Shown piece after piece: positions 1 through 10,026 of a stretch of 64,000 nt of DNA. A model generated the notes under the pieces. The model made no database searches. It was not told the origin of the DNA and saw nothing but the letters and a program-made list of their open reading frames with translations. Every line of letters begins with the position of its first letter. The first letter of the stretch is position 1. The position numbers were made by a program, and so were the translations under genes. The stretch covers positions 70,419 to 134,418 of the forward strand of contig CALNZX010000005.1 in NCBI GenBank assembly GCA_942491105.1, given 5' to 3'. The stretch comes from an uncultured Alphaproteobacteria bacterium. Its GTDB lineage: Bacteria; Pseudomonadota; Alphaproteobacteria; Kiloniellales; DSM-21159.

Positions 1-477
1 GGCATCGCCCATGTTCCCGAGGGCCGTCGCCTGTTCAAGGGGCTGACGGTTAAGGACAACCTTCTGCTTGGCGCCTACCTGCGTGGAGACGCCCAGGGGG
101 TCAAGGAGGACCTGGCGTACGTATTTGAAATCTTCCCGATCCTGTTCGAACGGCAAAACCAAGATGCGACCACCCTGTCGGGCGGAGAGCAGCAGATGTG
201 CGCCATCGCGCGGGGAATGATGTCCCGGCCGAAGCTCTTGATGATCGATGAAATGTCGCTGGGCCTGGCGCCGCGGCTGGTCGAGCACCTGGCCGATACC
301 CTGATACGGGTCAACAAGGAAGGTCTGACCATACTCCTTGTGGAGCAGGACGTGATTACCGCCTTCGAACTGGCCGAGGAGGCATTCGTCATCGAAACAG
401 GCAGAGTCTCGAACAGCGGTCTCACCGAGGATCTGTCCAAGGACCCGGCTATCCGGCAAGCCTATCTTGGTATGTAG
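1..477 (+). CDS. livF: Branched-chain amino acid ABC transporter ATP-binding protein, LivF-type (5' end lies outside the window)
   Basis: Frame 1 is open from base 1 (GIAHVPEGRRLF...). It carries the ABC signature LSGGEQQ, Walker B LLMIDE and a LivF-like C-terminal AYLG tail. ORF-track entry 196..477 is its C-terminal part. Confidence 0.85.
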   Translation, partial: GIAHVPEGRRLFKGLTVKDNLLLGAYLRGDAQGVKEDLAYVFEIFPILFERQNQDATTLSGGEQQMCAIARGMMSRPKLLMIDEMSLGLAPRLVEHLADTLIRVNKEGLTILLVEQDVITAFELAEEAFVIETGRVSNSGLTEDLSKDPAIRQAYLGM

Positions 478-592
478 GCAGGGTGTGCTGGGTAATAGAT
501 TGCGACAAATAGGTATTGACAAATATATGGTGCCATGTGACCTATTTGGAGCAAAAAAGTTTCTAATAAAAACTCTGAACGAGGAGGATGAA

Positions 593-1807
593 ATGGGGAA
601 TTTCGGTATTCGAAAGAGGTGCTTATCCGGCGCCTTCGCTCTGGCCTGCGGTTTGGCGCTTTCGGGCGGAACCGCACTCGCCGAAGACAATGTCATCAAG
701 ATCGGTACGCCCTTGGCCCTGACGGGCGGTCTGGCCGAGGAAGGCGCCAAGCAAGCCGCCGCCTACGACCTCTGGCTCGAGCGTGTCAACGCGGCGGGCG
801 GCATCGAGATTGGCGGCAAGATGTATCAGGTCGAGCTGGTGTCCTATGACTACCAGACCGATGGCAGCCGCGCGCAGCAGCTGGCCGAGACCTTGATCAC
901 GCGCGACGAGGTCGATTTCATGACCGCGCCCTTCGGCTCGGGTCACACCAAGATCGTCGCGGCGGTCGCCGAGCGCTATGGCATTCCGATCATTGCCGTC
1001 GCCTCCTCGGAGCCCGTCCACAACCAGGGCTTTGAGAATCTGTTCGGCACCCTGGCGCCGAGCCTTGGTCTGATCAATTCGATGTTCGAGAAGTTCAAGG
1101 CCGTGAAGCCGGACCTGAGCAGCGTCGCAGTGATTGGCCGTGATGACGTCTTCCCGAAGGTCATGGCCGATAGCATGACCAAGAACGCGCCGGATGCCGG
1201 CATCGAGGTCGTGCTGAGCGAACTCTATCCCGTGGGAACCCTCGACCACTCCGCGGTGATCACCCAAATCCGTTCCCTGAAGCCGGATTGGATCTTCGTC
1301 ACCGGCTACACCCAGGACCTTGTCCTGTTCCGTCAGCAGATGCAAAACCTGGGCGTCGAGGCCCCGATCGTCACCATGATCACCGGGCCCGCTTACGCGG
1401 AGTTCACCGAGAACCTCGGCGAGCTTGCCGAAGGCGTGACCAGCGCGTCCTGGTGGCATCACTCGGTCGAGTACGAGGCCGACGACGTGTTCGGTTCCTC
1501 CAAGGCTTTCTACGACGCGGTTGTCGAAAGCACCGGAGAAGAGCCCGACTATGTGCATGCCTCTTCCGCCGCGGCGCTGATTGCGCTGAGCGCGGCCCTG
1601 CAGAAAGCCGGCTCCACAGACCGCGATGCGGTGCGGCAGGCGCTCAAGGACCTCGACATCACGACATTCTACGGTCCGATCAACTTCCGCGAGGACGGAA
1701 TGAATTCAGACCGGAACCTACCGCTGATCCAGGTGCAGGGTGGCGTCCCGGTCGTGATCTATCCCGATGACGTGAAGCAGAGTGAGATGACCATCCTCAC
1801 TGAATAA
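593..1807 (+). CDS. ABC transporter substrate-binding protein, Leu/Ile/Val-binding (LivJ/K-like) family
   Basis: ORF 467..1807. Start moved to ATG 593, preceded by GAGGAGGA at 581-588. This gives the signal peptide MGNFGIRKRCLSGAFALACGLALSGGTALA. It follows the livF-like ATPase. Confidence 0.85.
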   Translation: MGNFGIRKRCLSGAFALACGLALSGGTALAEDNVIKIGTPLALTGGLAEEGAKQAAAYDLWLERVNAAGGIEIGGKMYQVELVSYDYQTDGSRAQQLAETLITRDEVDFMTAPFGSGHTKIVAAVAERYGIPIIAVASSEPVHNQGFENLFGTLAPSLGLINSMFEKFKAVKPDLSSVAVIGRDDVFPKVMADSMTKNAPDAGIEVVLSELYPVGTLDHSAVITQIRSLKPDWIFVTGYTQDLVLFRQQMQNLGVEAPIVTMITGPAYAEFTENLGELAEGVTSASWWHHSVEYEADDVFGSSKAFYDAVVESTGEEPDYVHASSAAALIALSAALQKAGSTDRDAVRQALKDLDITTFYGPINFREDGMNSDRNLPLIQVQGGVPVVIYPDDVKQSEMTILTE

Positions 1808-1821
1808 ACTCTCTGTGCCTT

Positions 1822-1864
1822 GGGAGGCGGTGGGATCGTTTTTTCACCGCCTCCCATTTTCTTG
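1822..1864 (+). terminator. Rho-independent terminator candidate after the binding-protein gene
   Basis: An 11-bp perfect stem GGGAGGCGGTG (1822-1832) / CACCGCCTCCC (1845-1855) is followed by ATTTTCTT. Confidence 0.7.
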
Positions 1865-1910
1865 AGCGCGGAGAATTCTGCTCGGCCTAGTTTTCATGGA
1901 AATGTAGAAG

Positions 1911-3545
1911 ATGTTGAATCCGCTCTATTCCCCTTATTCAAGCGTGGAAACACTTAAGGCGCGGCAAAGCGGATACTGGAACGACGATACTCTGGACAGA
2001 TGGCTTGAGAGCAAGGCCGCGCTCAGTCCGGATAAAGACTATGTCGAGATGCCGGGCAGGCAGGCCTTGTCCTACTCCGAGCTGCACCGGCGTTCGACAG
2101 CCTTTGCCAGCGCACTGGAATCTCTCGGCTGCCGCAAGGGCGATGTCATCGCCATTCAGCTCTACAACTGTCCGGACTTCTTCACGGCCTATTTTGGTAT
2201 CGCGCGACTAGGCGCCATCGCGGCTCCGCTGCATATGCCTCTCAGAGAATCCGAAATCCGGCCCCTGCTTAAGCATTCCAAGGCAAAGGCGGTGGTTTGC
2301 GCCCCACGGGCGGGGGGATACGACGGCCCAGAAATGATGTTCCGGCTGCAGCGCGAACTGCCAAGCCTGGCGCAGATCATTGTCGCGGACACGCCGTCAA
2401 AGCCGGAGCGGGGCCATGGCCTGGAACAGCTGATCGAATTGGGCGCGGCGATGCAAAGCCCCGCGCGGCCGTCTCCCGAAGATCCCGTATTGCTCTGTTT
2501 CACCTCCGGAACCTCCAGCGCGCCGAAAGGCGTGATGCGGGACTACCAAACGCTTACGGCCAATGCCCGGGCCTATTGCGAAACGATGCAGCTCGGCGTG
2601 GAAAGCCGCGCGGTGATCGTTTCTCCCCTGACCCATGTCTATGGGCTGGAAGGCATTCACGCGGCGCTTTCGACCGGCGCCACGGTCACGCCCATTGAGC
2701 GTTACGATCCACAGATTTTCGCCGAGGTTCTGGAACAATACCGACCAGCAATCGTCTACTGCGCGCCGGCGCATGTCGCGGCCGCGCTGAAAGAGGGCAG
2801 CTTCGAGGGCCGGGATCTCTCCGGCGTCGGCAGCGTGATCGTCGCCGGCTCGCTCTGCCCGCCCCACGTCGCCAGGGAGTTCGAGAAGATGCTGCCCAAG
2901 GGCAGGGTCGGTTCCCTGTTCGGGATGACGGAGCTGCTGATCGCGACACAGACCGCGATGGACAGCGATCCCGAGATCCGGCACGGCTCGGTCGGCCGGG
3001 TTCTGCCGGGGGTCGAGGCGCGCATTGTCGATGACGAGGGGCGCGGCCTGGCGCAAGGCGAGGTCGGGGAGCTGCAGCTACGCAGCCCCTGCATGATGAC
3101 CGGCTACATGGCCAACGAGGAAGCGAACAAAAAATCCTTCACGGCGGACGGCTGGTTCAGAACGGCGGATCTGGCCGAATGGGTGGATGGCGATAACATC
3201 GCCATTCGCGGCCGGCTGAACGACATCATCAATCGCGGCGGCGTCAAGATAAACCCCAGCGACATCGAGAACGCGCTGAGCCAGCATCCTAAGGTGCGTG
3301 AAGCGGCGATCGTCCCTGTCCACGACGACGTGCTCGGAGAAAGAATCTGCGCCGTCGTCACGCTGGCGGCCGGGGCCGGGCTCACCCTGGAGGAAGTCAC
3401 CGCGCATCTCGCCGCCAAGAAGATCGCGAAAATGCGCTGGCCGGAAAAGCTCATCGTGATCGATGAGATGCCGACCACGCCCACGAAGAAAATCGTGAAA
3501 GGCAAGGTGAAGGAACTGATTTCGAAGCTGCCGCCCCAGACCTAG
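1911..3545 (+). CDS. AMP-dependent acyl-CoA synthetase/ligase (class I adenylate-forming enzyme)
   Basis: 544-aa ORF with the AMP-binding motif FTSGTSSAPKGV, GYMANEEANKKSFTADGWFRTADL, and a C-terminal PTTPTKKIVK lysine motif. Confidence 0.85.
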   Translation: MLNPLYSPYSSVETLKARQSGYWNDDTLDRWLESKAALSPDKDYVEMPGRQALSYSELHRRSTAFASALESLGCRKGDVIAIQLYNCPDFFTAYFGIARLGAIAAPLHMPLRESEIRPLLKHSKAKAVVCAPRAGGYDGPEMMFRLQRELPSLAQIIVADTPSKPERGHGLEQLIELGAAMQSPARPSPEDPVLLCFTSGTSSAPKGVMRDYQTLTANARAYCETMQLGVESRAVIVSPLTHVYGLEGIHAALSTGATVTPIERYDPQIFAEVLEQYRPAIVYCAPAHVAAALKEGSFEGRDLSGVGSVIVAGSLCPPHVAREFEKMLPKGRVGSLFGMTELLIATQTAMDSDPEIRHGSVGRVLPGVEARIVDDEGRGLAQGEVGELQLRSPCMMTGYMANEEANKKSFTADGWFRTADLAEWVDGDNIAIRGRLNDIINRGGVKINPSDIENALSQHPKVREAAIVPVHDDVLGERICAVVTLAAGAGLTLEEVTAHLAAKKIAKMRWPEKLIVIDEMPTTPTKKIVKGKVKELISKLPPQT

Positions 3546-3644
3546 CCGCTATCGGTTTCGTGGAGGGGTTTTTTCGAAGTCGTTTCCGCTCTCTAAAGAC
3601 GCGCTAGCGCGGAACCTGCGCGCGGATTTCCCTGGGTGAGGAAT

Positions 3645-4379
3645 TTAAGTCTTTTTGTTCATGCTGGAATCGAAGCGCAGTTTGCAGCGATCGATGCGGT
3701 AGGTGATGTAACCCGCTTCGGCGGGGTGTACGTCGTCGCGCAGCCAGAGGTAGGCGTTCTCGAGAACCAGGGTCCGCGTGGACACTTTCAGCGCCTCCGC
3801 GGCGGCGGCGGAAGGGGAGCGAATTTCGCTATGCCAATGGGATTCCCGGATCTTACCCCCGATCGCGCGTTCGAGGACTTCCCGTGTGTCGTTCTTCTCG
3901 AACAGAGAGGGGTCGATTTTCTTGGCGATCTTCGCGGGATAGAAGCGCAGCTCGTGACTGATGGCGCGTTGATCCACCCAGCGCACCAGGGAAAGCTGAC
4001 CGACGCGCTCTCCGCTGGGAACCTGCAACTGGCGGCGGATGTAATCAGGGGGGACGACCGCCGTGTCGAAAGAATGCACCTCCGTCGTATAGGCGATGCC
4101 CTGGTTCTGCATGTCCTTTTCAAAGCTGACGAAAGGCTCGAGATGGCGGGTGATTTTCGGCGGACAGACAATGGTTCCACGGCCGCGTTCGCGGGTGATG
4201 ATGCCGTTGCTTTCCAGCAAATCCAAAGCGGCCCGAATCGTGACCCGGCTGACACCATATTTCTTGGCGAGTTGCTGTTCGGTCGGCATCAGGGAGTGCG
4301 GCGGAAGCACGCCAACGCTCTCTTCTAGGGAATTTGCGACAGAGAGATACCTCGGCAGCTTGCTTTTCTTCGCTTCCAT
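3645..4379 (-). CDS. GntR family transcriptional regulator, HutC/UTRA subfamily
   Basis: 244 aa. N-terminal winged HTH: LMPTEQQLAKKYGVSRVTIRAALDLLESNGIITRERGRGTIV. The C-terminal part is UTRA-like. Confidence 0.85.
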   Translation of the reverse strand: MEAKKSKLPRYLSVANSLEESVGVLPPHSLMPTEQQLAKKYGVSRVTIRAALDLLESNGIITRERGRGTIVCPPKITRHLEPFVSFEKDMQNQGIAYTTEVHSFDTAVVPPDYIRRQLQVPSGERVGQLSLVRWVDQRAISHELRFYPAKIAKKIDPSLFEKNDTREVLERAIGGKIRESHWHSEIRSPSAAAAEALKVSTRTLVLENAYLWLRDDVHPAEAGYITYRIDRCKLRFDSSMNKKT

Positions 4380-4444
4380 TTGTCCTCGGTTCGATGTGGC
4401 TATCGTTTGAGCTTCGGCTTTGCGCCAGGAGGCGTAAATGAGGG

Positions 4445-4461
4445 ATGCTAGTAACTAGCAT
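4445..4461. promoter_or_regulatory. Perfect inverted repeat ATGCTAG-TAA-CTAGCAT upstream of the HutC-type GntR gene (operator candidate)
   Basis: Read directly from the sequence. It lies 66-82 nt upstream of the GntR start at 4379 (minus strand). Confidence 0.4.
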
Positions 4462-4781
4462 GGGCATGGTGGTGAAGCCACACTATTTGGCCTCGTCTAG
4501 AGGGTCCGCGCCGCGCATCGCGGCTGCCGTTTTATCCGCAGGATCGCGAGCCTGGAAGACGGGAGAATACGGCCGACTCCGCTATTGAAGTTCAGCCTTC
4601 GGGAGGCGTGAGGGCGTAACGACGAGGTAGCTTATTCTAAGCGGGCGCCGCATAGGCCAAATAAAATTCCATAAATAAGAAAACATGAAAATAGTATAAA
4701 ATAGGGTCACTAAAGGAATGACGTATGAGCAAAATAAGTATGAGGGTATCTGGGTGCTAATATGAGAATTGCGCCCTGCGA

Positions 4782-5981
4782 TCAGGTATTTCCAATCCGC
4801 GGTTTCAGCAGCATCGGGCCATAGAGGATAAGATAGAGCAGGAAGGCGCCGATCCAAAAAACGCTGGAGGCCACGATCAAGTGAAAGTAGCCAGCTGCGT
4901 AAACCGCAGCGGCGATGCGGCAGAGCGCGGCCGCGGCGGCCAATAGATAGATCGCCGTCGTTCCCGCCCCGGCATGCAGCGGCCGGCCGGTGTGGCCGAG
5001 CGCGGCGCGGGTCATCATGGCCAGCATCATCGCCGTCATCGCGCCGGCGGTCAGGGCATGCAGGGCCGCGCTTTCTGGAACCGGCACGGGGTAGACCGCC
5101 GCCAGCGCAAGCAAGATGAAGGCCAGCGGCAGCCACGCATAGGCCAGGTGCAGGATCCAGACGAGCGGCTCGCCGAGGGTTCTGCCGCCCCGCCAGCGCC
5201 CCAGCCGGATGCCATGCGCTAGCGCGCAGAGCGCCGCCAGCACCGCGGTCACGGCCTGCGCCGGAGCCGTCAGCCAGGAAAGGAGCGTTGCCAGGGTCAA
5301 CAGCAGAACGGCGACGTCGAAGCGATTGAAGGGAACCGGCGCGGGCCCGGGGTCCTGCCTGGCCTTCAGCCAATTGCCCGTGAACGTCGGGATGATGCGT
5401 CCGCCGATCATGGCGATCAGCAGGACGAATGCGGCGATGCCGATTCGATTGCCGAGCGCGGCGCCGGCACCCCAACCTAGGATCTCGGCATGGACCAGCG
5501 CGTTGCCGGCAAGCAGTACGGCCGGGGCGGCGCAGATCGGCAGATTGCGCCAATTCCGGCTGACGATGACCTGCCGCGATACATAGGCGCAGAGGCACGC
5601 CAAGAAAGACAGATCGATGGCCGCGGCGGCGAGGACGCCGAGTGTCGCCGAACAGGCGATGCCGAGGCGCCCGGCGAGCCAAAGGGTAGTGAGCGCGGCT
5701 AGCGCGCTTCCCGTGAGCGGAGGGCGGCCAGTCCAGCCCGGCACGGCGGTGAGCAGAAAGCCGGCCATGATCGCGGTGGCGAAGCCGTAGATCATTTCAT
5801 GGCCATGCCAAACCAGCGCGCCATAGGGCGCGGCGATATCGATAGCGCCGTGCAGCGCAACGACCCACAGTAAGATGGAAAGCAGCGCCCAGCTTGCCCC
5901 GGCCAGGAAGAAGGGCCGGAGGCCGGCTTGCAGAATTGCTGGCGTGGCCGCGCTGGCCGTCGTGGGTTTCTGGGTCGTCAT
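4782..5981 (-). CDS. nnrS: NnrS family membrane protein
   Basis: ORF 4782..6050. Polytopic membrane protein with LRPFFLAGASWALLSILLWV and HGHEMIYGF, resembling the NnrS signature. I prefer the internal ATG at 5981 (MTTQKPTT); the longer start at 6050 is not excluded. Confidence 0.75.
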   Translation of the reverse strand: MTTQKPTTASAATPAILQAGLRPFFLAGASWALLSILLWVVALHGAIDIAAPYGALVWHGHEMIYGFATAIMAGFLLTAVPGWTGRPPLTGSALAALTTLWLAGRLGIACSATLGVLAAAAIDLSFLACLCAYVSRQVIVSRNWRNLPICAAPAVLLAGNALVHAEILGWGAGAALGNRIGIAAFVLLIAMIGGRIIPTFTGNWLKARQDPGPAPVPFNRFDVAVLLLTLATLLSWLTAPAQAVTAVLAALCALAHGIRLGRWRGGRTLGEPLVWILHLAYAWLPLAFILLALAAVYPVPVPESAALHALTAGAMTAMMLAMMTRAALGHTGRPLHAGAGTTAIYLLAAAAALCRIAAAVYAAGYFHLIVASSVFWIGAFLLYLILYGPMLLKPRIGNT

Positions 5982-6146
5982 CGCTGATCCGCCCGGTCGT
6001 TTCCCGTAGCGCGCAAGCTTGCCTGGAGGAGCAGCACTCTCCTGGGACAAGGCCCGCGTGTCACTGGCAACAGGCGAACAGATTACAGAGCAAAGGTCGA
6101 GGCGACATTTCAGCGCGCCCCGGTCTGGCTGAGGCGTGGTGCGGGG

Positions 6147-7337
6147 TTACCGGGACTCCGGCGCGGGATCGAACAGCGTGGCCGCGGCGCCAGAGTAGCG
6201 CGCGACCTTGTCCGGATCGAGGGCGATGCCGAAGCCGGGCGTGTCGGGTATGGCAAGCATCCCATCCTCGTCGAGGGCGAAGGCCTCGGTCATGATGTTG
6301 TCGACATAGGCGCTGCCGCCGATGTACTCGACGAGATCGACGTTCGGCAGGGCGGCGGCGAGCTGCAGGTCTGCGGCCAGGCCAAGCGCCGTATTCCAGC
6401 CGTGGCCGACGTAGCGGACGCCGAAATCCTGGGCCAGCCAAGCGATGCGCCGTTGTTCGCTGAACCCTCCGACCTTGGTGACGTCGGGTTGAACGATGTC
6501 GAAAGCGCCCTGGGTGATAAAGGGGAGATAGGCCTGGCGCCGGGTCAGGACCTCGCCGCCGGCGATCGGCACGCGGCTCTGGCGCCGCAGGGTCACGAAG
6601 TCGTCGAGCGCGTCGGGCCGCACTGGCTCCTCGAACCAGTCGACATCGTAGTCGAACAGCATATCGGCCGTGCGCAGCGCCCATTTCAGGCCATTGGGCC
6701 AATAGGCGTCGCTGGCGCCGGCATCGACGAAAAGCTGGCCGCCCTCCGGCAGGTTGCGCTTCGCGGCCGCGACGATGGCCTCGTCGAGCTTGCTGTCGCC
6801 GCGCCGCCCGAAGGGTCCCCAGCCGATCTTGAAGGCGCGGAAGCCATACTCGCGGAAGCGGAGAATCTCCTCGGCCAGGGCCTCGGGCTGGTCCATCAGC
6901 AGCGAACAGTAGGGCAAGATCCGGTCCCGGTAACGCCCCCCCGCCAGGCGCCCCACGGACAGGCCGGTGACCTTGCCCAGAATATCCCAGAGGGCGATGT
7001 CGATACCGCTGATCGTATGGGTCAGGGTGCCGCCCCGGCCCATCCAGAAGCTGTTCTGGTGCAGTTTCTCGCTCACGCGCTCCGGCTCGAGCGCGTTCTC
7101 GCCCAGCAGCAAGGGCTTGAGCACCGCGACGCCGGCTTCGACCAGGCGCCCGTCGGTAAAGCTGCTGCCGAAGCCTGTTACGCCGGCATCGGTGTGTACG
7201 GCAATCAGCGCGTGTATGGAGTCCTCCGCCTTCACCTCCGTCGACCAGCCGCCCGGGGGGCTTTCGCCGAGCAGGGGGGCGACGGAGATTTTCGTGATGC
7301 GAACAGGCGGGATGCTTTGCCTTGTCGGCGCGGACAT
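6147..7337 (-). CDS. Enolase-superfamily enzyme (mandelate racemase/muconate lactonizing enzyme family, acid-sugar-dehydratase-like)
   Basis: 396 aa with IDIALWDILGK, metal-ligand contexts FVDAG / WFEEP / AGGE, and the DVTKVGG...GHGWN dyad region. A GAGGAAAT RBS sits upstream of ATG 7337. Confidence 0.85.
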   Translation of the reverse strand: MSAPTRQSIPPVRITKISVAPLLGESPPGGWSTEVKAEDSIHALIAVHTDAGVTGFGSSFTDGRLVEAGVAVLKPLLLGENALEPERVSEKLHQNSFWMGRGGTLTHTISGIDIALWDILGKVTGLSVGRLAGGRYRDRILPYCSLLMDQPEALAEEILRFREYGFRAFKIGWGPFGRRGDSKLDEAIVAAAKRNLPEGGQLFVDAGASDAYWPNGLKWALRTADMLFDYDVDWFEEPVRPDALDDFVTLRRQSRVPIAGGEVLTRRQAYLPFITQGAFDIVQPDVTKVGGFSEQRRIAWLAQDFGVRYVGHGWNTALGLAADLQLAAALPNVDLVEYIGGSAYVDNIMTEAFALDEDGMLAIPDTPGFGIALDPDKVARYSGAAATLFDPAPESR

Positions 7338-7369
7338 GGATTTCCTCTAGGCAGGGACTAGAAACGCGG

Positions 7370-7404
7370 TTGACACCAAAACTTATCGTATACAATTATA
7401 CGAT
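7370..7404 (+). promoter_or_regulatory. Promoter-like TTGACA-N15-TACAAT overlapped by the palindrome ATCGTATA-caat-TATACGAT
   Basis: TTGACA at 7370-7375 and TACAAT at 7391-7396. An inverted repeat with 8-bp perfect arms spans 7385-7404, about 22 nt upstream of the TTG start at 7426. Confidence 0.45.
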
Positions 7405-7425
7405 GCAAGAAAGAGGGATAAGAAC

Positions 7426-8460
7426 TTGAGCAGCAGCAACGAGAAAAGCCGCGTCCTCGGAGAGGTGGATTTCGAGAAAAACGGCCGCCAAAGCGGCTAT
7501 CTCCGTGCGCCGCTCTCCCGCAATACCTCGGGCTGGGGAATCATCGAAATTCCCATCGTCGTCATCAAGAACGGCCAGGGTCCGACAGTCCTGCTGACAG
7601 CCGGAATTCACGGCGATGAGTACGAAGGGCAGATCGCGATCTCGCGCGCGGCCCAGGATATGGATCCAGGGGCGATCCAGGGCCGGGTGATACTGATGCC
7701 GGCGATCAACATTCCCGCGGTGCTCGCCGACACCCGTCTGTCCCCTGCCGACAACCGGGATATGAACCGCTGTTTTCCGGGTAATCCCAAGGGCACGATC
7801 AGCGAGATGCTGGCGCACTACCTGGACAGCGTGATCCTTCCGCTGGTCGACATCTCCGTCGACATGCATTCCGCCGGGCATTCCGGCGATGCCGTCCCCT
7901 CGACCAACATGCATCAACTGGAGGACGCCGCGGCCATGGCGCGTACACTGGACGCCGCCGCCGCCTTTGGCGCGCCCTACAATGTCGTCTTCACCGGGGT
8001 CGACGAGGGCGCGACGCTGACCTCCTCGGTGGAGCGGAGGAAGATACTCTCCCTGGGGACGGAGCTCGGCGGATGGGGGCGCGTCTGCATCGAGGGCCTG
8101 CGGATCGGCCGCCGGGGCATCGATAACATCCTCAAGCACGCCGGCGTGATCGAGGGGCAGCCGGATACCCGGCAGGCCGACGGCGGCGGCGCGACCCGGC
8201 ATATGGTCGTCGACCGCCGGGACCTCTACAGCTTCGCGCCACAGGCGGGAACCTTCGAGCCCTGCAACCTCGTCGGCGAGCAGGTCCACGCCGGTCAGCC
8301 AGCGGGCTATCTGCACTTTGTCGAGGATGTCGACCGCGCGCCCATCGAGCTGCTGTATCAAGCGGATGGCGTGCTGTGGATGTCCGCCGGGCCCGGCCGG
8401 GTGGCGCGCGGCGATACCGTCGCCGTTGTAATGCGCGATTATACGCCGGCAGCCGGGTAG
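7426..8460 (+). CDS. Succinylglutamate desuccinylase/aspartoacylase (AstE/AspA) family deacylase
   Basis: 344 aa with a TTG start preceded by AGAGGGA. The Zn-binding style motif GIHGDEYEGQ is typical of this family. Confidence 0.8.
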   Translation: MSSSNEKSRVLGEVDFEKNGRQSGYLRAPLSRNTSGWGIIEIPIVVIKNGQGPTVLLTAGIHGDEYEGQIAISRAAQDMDPGAIQGRVILMPAINIPAVLADTRLSPADNRDMNRCFPGNPKGTISEMLAHYLDSVILPLVDISVDMHSAGHSGDAVPSTNMHQLEDAAAMARTLDAAAAFGAPYNVVFTGVDEGATLTSSVERRKILSLGTELGGWGRVCIEGLRIGRRGIDNILKHAGVIEGQPDTRQADGGGATRHMVVDRRDLYSFAPQAGTFEPCNLVGEQVHAGQPAGYLHFVEDVDRAPIELLYQADGVLWMSAGPGRVARGDTVAVVMRDYTPAAG

Positions 8461-8508
8461 GCTGGCCGCCCGATACCGAATCCTCGCCGCAAATTCCGGG
8501 AGCAAGAC

Positions 8509-10002
8509 ATGCCGAGAATTCTCCTACTCGGGTGCAAGCAGGAAATATCCTCCTTCAATCCGCACCCCTCGCGCTACGACAACTTTCAGGTTCTGCGCGG
8601 CCAGGAGCTGTTCGGCCATCGCGGCCTCAACACCGAGCTTGGCGGCGCGATCTCCGTGCTCGAAGCGCGCTCGGAATGCTCCGTCAAACCGGCGATCGCC
8701 GCGGAAGCGGGCAGCGCGGGGATTCTCGCGGGCGGCGCCTGGAACCGGCTTGCCGAGGAAATTCTCGAAGCGGTGCGCGCCCAGGCGAGCGGCGTCGACG
8801 GGGTCTATGCCTCGTTGCACGGAGCCATGGCCGCCGAGGGCGAGCTGGACCCGGAAGGCTATCTGCTGGAACAGATCCGCGCGATCGTCGGCCCCGACAT
8901 CCCGATCGTCATATCGCTCGACCTGCATGGGATCGCGACCTCCCGCATGCTCAACTGCGTCGATGGGGTCGCCGTCTATCACACCTATCCGCACGTCGAT
9001 TTCGGCGATACCGGGGAACGCGCGATCCGCTTGCTGCTGCGTATTCTCGAAGGCGGCGCCAAGCCGGTCCTCGCGCGGGTGGTAATCCCGGCGCTGGTAC
9101 GTGGCGACGAGCTGATTACCGCGAGCGGCTGCTATGGCGACCTGGTCCGCGAATGCCAAAGAATCGAGCGCGACGGCACGGCGCTGGCTGCCGGCATCAT
9201 GATCGGCAATCCCTTCACCGATGTGCCCGAACTCTGCACCCAGGTGCTGGTCACCACCGATGGCGATGCCGGGCGCGCGGAAGCGGAGGCCATACGGATC
9301 GCCGAGGAGTTCTGGCCGCAACGCTTCCGCATGCAGGGTAAGCTGATTTCCCTGGAGCGCGCCATCGCCCAGGCACGCAGCATGAAGGGGCCGCTGCTGT
9401 TTACCGATGCCGCCGACGCCACCTCCTCGGGCGCGACCGGCGACTCCAATGCCATCGTCGCGGGCCTGCGCGCGGCGGGCTACCCAGGCCGCGTGCTGGC
9501 GCAGATCGTGGATCCGGGAGCGGCCGAGGCGGCTCATCGGGCCGGCGTCGGCGCGGAGATCTCGGTTACGCTCGGCGGCGCCATGGACCCGGAGCGCTTT
9601 ACGCCGATGCCGGTGACGGCGCGGGTCGCCTTACTCTCGGATGGCCGGGCGCGGCTCGAAACGATGAAGACGGAGCTCGAGGCCGGCCCGTCGGCGGTGC
9701 TGGTATTCGACAACTTCACGATCGTCGTGCTCAGCAGAACGGTCAGTCTTTTCGATCGTGCCCTCTATTACGCCAATGGCTGCAACCCTCTGGACTTCGA
9801 CTTGATCGTCGTGAAGTCTCCGCATACCGAATTCCATATGTACGACGCCTGGGTGGAGAAGAATTTCAACATCGACGTGCCCGGAGCGACCTCCGCGGAT
9901 ATCGCCCAGCTCGGCCACCGGATATGCAAGCGGCCGATCTATCCGCTGGATCCCGATACCGCGTTTACACCGGCTGTCGAGTTTTATCGCCGGCGCGCTT
10001 GA
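8509..10002 (+). CDS. M81 family metallopeptidase (MlrC-like)
   Basis: 497 aa. The N-terminus MPRILLLGCKQEISSFNP and the overall length and architecture resemble MlrC N- and C-terminal domains (recognised by eye). Confidence 0.75.
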   Translation: MPRILLLGCKQEISSFNPHPSRYDNFQVLRGQELFGHRGLNTELGGAISVLEARSECSVKPAIAAEAGSAGILAGGAWNRLAEEILEAVRAQASGVDGVYASLHGAMAAEGELDPEGYLLEQIRAIVGPDIPIVISLDLHGIATSRMLNCVDGVAVYHTYPHVDFGDTGERAIRLLLRILEGGAKPVLARVVIPALVRGDELITASGCYGDLVRECQRIERDGTALAAGIMIGNPFTDVPELCTQVLVTTDGDAGRAEAEAIRIAEEFWPQRFRMQGKLISLERAIAQARSMKGPLLFTDAADATSSGATGDSNAIVAGLRAAGYPGRVLAQIVDPGAAEAAHRAGVGAEISVTLGGAMDPERFTPMPVTARVALLSDGRARLETMKTELEAGPSAVLVFDNFTIVVLSRTVSLFDRALYYANGCNPLDFDLIVVKSPHTEFHMYDAWVEKNFNIDVPGATSADIAQLGHRICKRPIYPLDPDTAFTPAVEFYRRRA

Positions 10003-10026
10003 CCCTCTGGGGCTTCGGCCCGGCGA

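Noticed and set aside
3583-3614. TTTCCGC ... GCGGAA half-sites, considered as a fourth IclR-type box.
   Set aside because: The halves are 19 nt apart instead of 3. They lie between two convergent gene ends far from the IclR regulon, so this is more likely a weak terminator hairpin or chance.
4582-4700. A small ORF (MFSYLWNFIWPMRRPL...) in the AT-rich island downstream of nnrS.
   Set aside because: It has no RBS and no recognisable family, and it is the tail of a spurious 366-aa alternative-frame ORF. AT-rich sequence generates short hydrophobic ORFs by chance.
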